DNA of 64,000 nucleotides from an uncultured bacterium (GTDB lineage Bacteria; Chlamydiota; Chlamydiia; Chlamydiales; FEN-1388): NCBI GenBank assembly GCA_964427425.1, contig CAYRUD010000012.1, positions 24,183 to 88,182 of the forward strand, read 5' to 3'. Shown piece by piece: positions 58,571 to 64,000 of this stretch (position 1 is its first letter; each line of letters starts with the position of its first letter). The notes under the pieces were generated by a model. It saw only the letters and a program-made list of their open reading frames with translations, ran no database searches and was not told where the DNA came from. The position numbers and the translations under genes were made by a program.

Positions 58571-59719
58571 ATGAAAGATTCCTCTTCGATCATTTCTTTT
58601 GAGCCTCAATCAATCACCTCTGACAAAATTGAAGGATTAGCCCCATCACTTTCCGCTTATGATTCGCATTCCCCTCTGGATCTGGTTCCTACAGCAGATG
58701 ATTTTAAGAGATTCGATGAGGGTTGCCTTCACTTTCGTAAAAGGCCGAGAAGAAATAGAATGAAAGAGGCGCTCCGCGAGCTCATCGCTGAGACAGATCT
58801 TCGCCCTCAACACCTCATTCGCCCATACTTTATTAAAGAGGGAGAAACGGGATCGGAGGAAATCGCGTCAATGCCTCAAATCTTCCGCCATACTATTTCC
58901 GATCTTTTACGCCAAATTGAAAGACAACTTTCTTTAGGAGTAAGGGCTGCCATCCTCTTCTTCTTCATCGATCCTACGCTCAAAGACTGGCATGGATCTG
59001 AAGCGTATAAAAGAAACGGCCTATTCCATAGAGCAATACGAGCGGTAAAAAATACTTTTCCTGAGCTTCTTCTTATAACAGATATTGCGTTAGATCCTTT
59101 TACAGACCACGGCTTTGATGGCCTCATCGACCATCAATGGCACGTTATGAACGATCCTTCAGTCATTGCTTTAGGAGAGATGGCTCTCAATGCAGCTTGC
59201 GCCGGAGCTGATATGATTGCGCCAAGTGATATGATGGATGGACGCGTAGGATATTTACGAAAGCTTCTCGACACGAATGGATTTAGCGATCGAGGCATTC
59301 TCTCCTACTGCGTTAAGTACACTTCAGCCCTCTATGGACCTTTTAGAAGCGCCCTTGAGTCAGCTCCTAAAAAAGGCGATAAAAAGACATTCCAGCTCTC
59401 GCCTCGTAATAGCCGAGAAGCATTACTTGAATGCGCGCTCGACGAGGAAGAAGGAGCAGATCTTCTCATGATTAAGCCAGCTATAACCTCTTTAGATATC
59501 ATCGCAAAAGTACGACAAACAACTCTTCTTCCCATTGGAGCTTTCCAAGTCAGCGGTGAATACTCGATGATTAAAGCCGCTCATGAAAGAGGTTGGATAG
59601 ATGGATCTAAAATGCTTATTGAATCGCTTACCTCGATGAGACGAGCTGGAGCTGACTTCATATTGACTTATGGAGCGCAAGAAGCCGCAGAGCTTCTCAA
59701 TAAAGGCTATAGAGTCTAG
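58571..59719 (+). CDS. hemB: Porphobilinogen synthase (ALA dehydratase), Asp-rich (non-Cys) metal-site type, with a ~55 aa N-terminal extension
   Basis: ..RKRPRRNRM.., metal region DIALDPFTDHGFDG and the active-site lysines in ..CVKYTSALYGPFR.. and ..LMIKPA... Confidence 0.92.
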   Translation: MKDSSSIISFEPQSITSDKIEGLAPSLSAYDSHSPLDLVPTADDFKRFDEGCLHFRKRPRRNRMKEALRELIAETDLRPQHLIRPYFIKEGETGSEEIASMPQIFRHTISDLLRQIERQLSLGVRAAILFFFIDPTLKDWHGSEAYKRNGLFHRAIRAVKNTFPELLLITDIALDPFTDHGFDGLIDHQWHVMNDPSVIALGEMALNAACAGADMIAPSDMMDGRVGYLRKLLDTNGFSDRGILSYCVKYTSALYGPFRSALESAPKKGDKKTFQLSPRNSREALLECALDEEEGADLLMIKPAITSLDIIAKVRQTTLLPIGAFQVSGEYSMIKAAHERGWIDGSKMLIESLTSMRRAGADFILTYGAQEAAELLNKGYRV

Positions 59720-59770
59720 ATCTCTTGAGAAGAGGGTATAAGGACACCCTCTCCTCAAAATAAAGAATTT

Positions 59771-61168
59771 TTAGTTCCCAATAAGATCTATTCGACAGCG
59801 ATCGAGACCATCCTCTACGATTTTCATCATCGGGATTTTACAAGGACAGACGAATTCAGGAAGAGCGAAATCCTCTCTAGAAACATCTAAGAGGCCATAA
59901 TTGATCGCTCGTTCATAATCTTCAGCCAAAAGAGCTTTCACAATCTGCATTGGGAAAATATCCATAGGAACCACTTTTTCATATAGCGAGCCGTCGACAA
60001 ACGCTCTTTGCTCACCATGAATATTGGTCGTAAAGTGCCAAGTCCTCTTTGTGACATCCATATGCCCTGAGAGATATGCTCCTGACGCTGTATACTTATT
60101 GGAACCTAATCTGAAGAAGTGAAGAAACTCCCTTTGAGATTCATCCTGCTCTGGTATAGCTGAGAGTATTGAATGCCCTCTCTGTAGGAACCCATTGAGC
60201 GTGACATGAGCACCATTTAAAGGATCACCCGATATTAAACGTACGGAATCCTCACTCAAATCTTCAAGAGCGCCCTGTACTAATTCTTGAATTGAAGCGC
60301 CTTCTCTTGTGCGAATATACTGTCTTTTGTTTGCTTGAAATCCATCGCCTGCCCTTGAAATAAGAATAGGCATATCCAGCGATCCCGTTTCGGAGAAAAA
60401 CCCTATCCGACATACATCGACAGCATCGATTGTCCACACAGAATCTTGCGGTGAGTTAATAGGATCAATCTCATGAATATGAACAGATGAGGAACAAGCA
60501 GGATAGACACCCTCCACTGTATGGTGGATACATCTTCCATTTTCTTGAGGAATCCATTTTGAGAGAGAAGAATCTTTATATGTGACCACATGGACTGGGC
60601 TATTTGCACACAAAACACTTACAAGCTCTAGTCCCTTTTTAAAGAAACCTTCTAATCCAGCTAAAGCCTCTTCCATGGAAGGCGAGAAAAGCCGTAAGTC
60701 AACAGCGCGAACAAAGCAAGACCTTGGCGGGTGAAGAGCTCCATTAGTAACCGGACGCTCAAAAGGACGATGGAAGAAGCGAGTAATAAGCCCTGATTGG
60801 GACAAACTCTTGACTATCTCATCTCTCGACATTGCTGGATGAGGTTTTAAGAGTTCATGTCCATCTTTGCCCTCTCGCCCTCTTTCAAAAATAATTTCTA
60901 AGAGCCTTCTCTTCTCACCTCTTCGAATCTCTTTCACAACTCCTGAAACAGGGATGACAAAACGAACTTCTGGATTCTCTTTTATTTCAACTACAGGCTC
61001 ATGGCGCTGAAGCGACTGACCCTCTTGGACGAGAATACGGAAATTAACACCTTTAAATGGGCGAAGATCCAGGGAGAATAGACGAGGAACTATTTCTTCT
61101 TGAGAAGAAGTAGCTTTAGCTCCTGATATAGGAATCTGAAGACCGCGCTTGACTCGTACATGTACCAT
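59771..61168 (-). CDS. nqrA: Na+-translocating NADH:quinone oxidoreductase subunit A. nqrB-F are not adjacent.
   Basis: N-terminus ..VKRGLQIPISGA.. and full-length NqrA-like sequence of 465 aa. Confidence 0.85.
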   Translation of the reverse strand: MVHVRVKRGLQIPISGAKATSSQEEIVPRLFSLDLRPFKGVNFRILVQEGQSLQRHEPVVEIKENPEVRFVIPVSGVVKEIRRGEKRRLLEIIFERGREGKDGHELLKPHPAMSRDEIVKSLSQSGLITRFFHRPFERPVTNGALHPPRSCFVRAVDLRLFSPSMEEALAGLEGFFKKGLELVSVLCANSPVHVVTYKDSSLSKWIPQENGRCIHHTVEGVYPACSSSVHIHEIDPINSPQDSVWTIDAVDVCRIGFFSETGSLDMPILISRAGDGFQANKRQYIRTREGASIQELVQGALEDLSEDSVRLISGDPLNGAHVTLNGFLQRGHSILSAIPEQDESQREFLHFFRLGSNKYTASGAYLSGHMDVTKRTWHFTTNIHGEQRAFVDGSLYEKVVPMDIFPMQIVKALLAEDYERAINYGLLDVSREDFALPEFVCPCKIPMMKIVEDGLDRCRIDLIGN

Positions 61169-61626
61169 AATCTTATATCTTCATCGTAACTGAAGGATTC
61201 ATAAACAAATTTCTCTCCCCAAGGGGGTATAAAAGATACCCTTCTTTCGATGCTCTATATTCACTCACAAACTCAAGGAGCAACCAAAAGAGTAGGCTCT
61301 TTTCTCTACATCTCGAAAGCTTTACATGTCGTTGGTACGTCTTTTATCCACTTTTTATCAAGTCTACAAACAAGAGGGAGTAAAACTTTTCTAAAAAATG
61401 AGCTCCCAACAAGTTGCTATCAAATGTTACTTAAACTTTTAAAAAGCCCTAAACAGCTACTAATCAGTCACATTTATTTAGTTTAGATGGTCTTCACATA
61501 GTAAAATTTCATTGTTCTTTGGTATACTTTTTCGAGATTTAACCCGATATGAGTGAATGACTCTTTTCCTCATATTGGATGTCGCTGTAACCTCATTACT
61601 TTTTTATTAGAGAGATTGTGAGCTTA

Positions 61627-64000
61627 ATGTCACCTCGTCTTTTACGCTTTCTTTTACCACTCTTTGTTTTTCTCGTAAGCTCTCTATCTTTTACTCGGCG
61701 AGAAGTCCTTGAGGCAGCCCCATCTATTCATAATAAATCAGTAATTTCCTATGAAGATGTTCTACGACCTGAAGCTCTCTCTTTAGATTCTCGAGCTGTT
61801 GCAACTTTTCAGAAAATTACGACACATAACAAGGGCATTCTTCCCCATCTTCCAATAGAGATCCGTCTCCAGCGTACAGGACCCATAAAGCAAGAAACCT
61901 CTATCTCAGCTAACGGAGTCTTAACAGTTACCATCTCCTTTTCATGCAAGGCTTCGGGACTCACAGTCCAGGACTCCTCCTCACAAGAAATTCCTTGCAC
62001 AACGAAGAAATCATTCCAGCTCTCAGATTTTTCTGAAGGCAAGCGCTGCCGCTATGAAATCAATAGGATGATGAATTCGCTCGTGCTCCATGACGGTTCT
62101 ACGCCTTGTTATATCGCATTTCAAACGAAAGCAGACTTTGATCAGGCTATCAAGATTTTCTCGATACTTGTCAACCAAAGTATCGCATTAGCGCCCGCTC
62201 AAGAAGATCAGACAAATCGATCATCTTTATCTCTTCAAGAGATCGCTCAAGAATCAGGATTCACATGGATTGCAGTCCTTCCTCGCCACGAGACTTTCGA
62301 AGAGATGTTGAGCCTTGTAAACCAGCCAAGTAGCATATCAAAGAATGGCACCATCTTCTGGCTTACGAAGAAAGATCCTCAAGTCGAGGCAGAAAAAATC
62401 CTATTAGAGGCCAATAATATCTCCCCTATTTTCTTATATCCTCTCTCTACCCTTAATGAGAGCTCATTTGTTACCTTGCCTTTTGTCGGCGCTGAGGAGC
62501 CCGCACTCTTCTCAACTCCTAGTCAAGCCCAGTCTGTTTTTTCCCACGATACAACTTCTCTTAGATCGATAGGAAAAAGTGCTGATATATTGCCAATTCG
62601 AATGGAGTCTTACTTTCCTCTGACTACTCCGTCAATTATTATAAGCAGAGGATCAGATGAAAGAGCTCTTAAAAGAGCTTTGAAAAAGAAAGAGAGCTCA
62701 TCCGCACTGGGGCAAAATTCCTCTCATGATGGAAACCATGTTGATTGCTCTATCGTTTCGATTACCCCTCAGTATTACTTTGAGGAGACCCCTGAAGGTT
62801 CAACACTCAAATGGCTTACAGGATCTGCTATCAACTCCGACGATTGCTTACGAGCTCTTTTCTTTAGAAAAGATAAGCCTTTAAGGGAAACTATTACGCA
62901 TCTTTATCGTGAGTATCCTTTCCTGAAAAGCATCTTCCAAGCAAAAAGCCGTATTCGGAAGGGTCTTTCGATACAGTCATCTCTTTTTGAAGGAATGAAA
63001 AGAAAAGAAGATCCTTCATATAAAGAGCTCATAACTTCTCTTTACGGAACAGATGAAATATCGTATCAGCGAGCAAAACTCTCATTTCTCTTAGCTCTTG
63101 AAGCGTCCCTCTTATATGGTGACGCGTCCTCACTTGGCGAAAATGGCACTCAATACTCACTTATTTTACTCGAAAAGCTTGGAGCTCCATGGTCGCATAT
63201 TATCTCAGCTGAGACTCTTTTAAGAGAAATCACGCCCCACTCCCCATTGCTTAGAGAATCTCAAGGAGTGTCCTCTCAATCCGAAGGCTTTATTAACAGC
63301 GCAAGGCCTGAGTACACATCGTCTCAAGTTAAAGCTCGAACAAGAGAAGTTATAGCAGCAAGCTCTCTCATCGAAGAAGCAAAAAACGCCAATCAAGCTG
63401 GCGTTCCTTTACGGGATTGGTTGAAAGTAAAAGCCGCATTCTTAGTAACTCTCTATCAGACAGAGCAATTCTCTTCTTATGCAGCCCTCCGTCTTCATGA
63501 TCTTCAAAAAAGTATCGCACAACTTCCTTCCGGCATAAAAAATTGTGCTATAGCTCCTCCATTGGGCAACAGTTCAGTTTACCGTGGTATCACTGCTCGC
63601 CCGCTCTATAGCGCATATTTCTGGGAAAAGCTCGATCCAATTCATAGAGATGGTCTTTCACTCAAACGAATGAGAGAAAAATATGAAGAGCATATGATTC
63701 ATCACCCATCAAGCGAATGGAAAGGTCGATTTTGGGATTGGATAGATGCAAAAATTGAATCAGGCCATCTTAAACTGCAGCCAGGGACACGTTACCTCAC
63801 TGCAGAAGAGCGCCCAGACTTTCAGGCTATTTTCGATAACGGCACCTTAATCTCTCCCATAGAGTTCGCTGAAGCTGACGAGATCGAAGCTATGTTTGTC
63901 ATAGGACTTGATGGAAAGATGTATCTTGGCCAAAAAAAAGATGCTCAAGATCCTTCAGATTTATCTTTTAGCCACGCGTCGTTCTTTGCAGGTCTGCCCG
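61627..64000 (+). CDS. Large secreted hypothetical protein. The N-terminal 791 aa are visible and the ORF continues past the right edge.
   Basis: Hand translation from the ATG at 61627 gives MSPRLLRFLLPLFVFLVSSLSFTRREVLEAAPS.. (signal peptide) and stays open to base 64000. It ends ..MFVIGLDGKMYLGQKKDAQDPSDLSFSHASFFAGLP. It is absent from the track because it is truncated. Confidence 0.65.
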   Translation, partial: MSPRLLRFLLPLFVFLVSSLSFTRREVLEAAPSIHNKSVISYEDVLRPEALSLDSRAVATFQKITTHNKGILPHLPIEIRLQRTGPIKQETSISANGVLTVTISFSCKASGLTVQDSSSQEIPCTTKKSFQLSDFSEGKRCRYEINRMMNSLVLHDGSTPCYIAFQTKADFDQAIKIFSILVNQSIALAPAQEDQTNRSSLSLQEIAQESGFTWIAVLPRHETFEEMLSLVNQPSSISKNGTIFWLTKKDPQVEAEKILLEANNISPIFLYPLSTLNESSFVTLPFVGAEEPALFSTPSQAQSVFSHDTTSLRSIGKSADILPIRMESYFPLTTPSIIISRGSDERALKRALKKKESSSALGQNSSHDGNHVDCSIVSITPQYYFEETPEGSTLKWLTGSAINSDDCLRALFFRKDKPLRETITHLYREYPFLKSIFQAKSRIRKGLSIQSSLFEGMKRKEDPSYKELITSLYGTDEISYQRAKLSFLLALEASLLYGDASSLGENGTQYSLILLEKLGAPWSHIISAETLLREITPHSPLLRESQGVSSQSEGFINSARPEYTSSQVKARTREVIAASSLIEEAKNANQAGVPLRDWLKVKAAFLVTLYQTEQFSSYAALRLHDLQKSIAQLPSGIKNCAIAPPLGNSSVYRGITARPLYSAYFWEKLDPIHRDGLSLKRMREKYEEHMIHHPSSEWKGRFWDWIDAKIESGHLKLQPGTRYLTAEERPDFQAIFDNGTLISPIEFAEADEIEAMFVIGLDGKMYLGQKKDAQDPSDLSFSHASFFAGLP

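Noticed and set aside
61250-61486. 78 aa ORF in the nqrA / secreted-protein intergenic region
   Set aside because: The translation is basic and Leu/Ser/Lys-rich with no RBS. It sits in a divergent promoter region and is likely non-coding.
1-64000. CRISPR arrays, IS elements, transposases, integrases or prophage genes
   Set aside because: Scanning by eye, I saw no regularly spaced direct repeats and no DDE, tyrosine or serine recombinase signatures. The only repeats noted are short intergenic palindromes such as 9806-9866.

Overview
The window reads as a chromosomal segment of a Chlamydiota-type genome, probably an environmental or amoeba-associated lineage. This placement is an inference from gene content and synteny, not a database hit. 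Supporting features are a giant PBP2 with large insertions, a solo nqrA beside hemB, a gspD-E-F-G cluster followed by pseudopilin-like genes, an SctT homolog, an HKD phospholipase D, a PP2C phosphatase and eukaryote-like kinases. It is mostly housekeeping: sufBCDS, an ABC-F ATPase, parB, topA, pbp2, rpsB-tsf-pyrH-frr, three tRNAs (Gly-UCC, Glu-UUC, Lys-UUU), bcp, mutY, hemB and nqrA. Several things stand out. (1) A near-complete type II secretion cluster (C-candidate, D, E, F, G, H/I/J/K-like) has a Ser/Thr kinase gene with the WNK ('with no lysine') catalytic-lysine arrangement inserted between gspF and gspG. (2) A Bat/MoxR-vWA 'aerotolerance-type' system is split into two loci about 38 kb apart, with an apparent giant BatB/BatC-like fusion. 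(3) A PP2C gene is interrupted by one in-frame TGA exactly at the conserved Gly of the RxxGD motif. (4) sctT is orphan, lacking sctR and sctS. (5) A membrane-anchored protein carries an atypical protein-kinase-like signature. (6) A 1.27 kb gene-free structured region upstream of topA holds a 20-codon sORF whose perfect Shine-Dalgarno sequence (SD) has a 10-nt anti-SD downstream. (7) TopA ends in a histone-H1-like Lys/Thr/Ala tail. No CRISPR array, IS element or prophage was recognised. Two long ORFs run off the window edges and are absent from the supplied ORF track; I translated them by hand.
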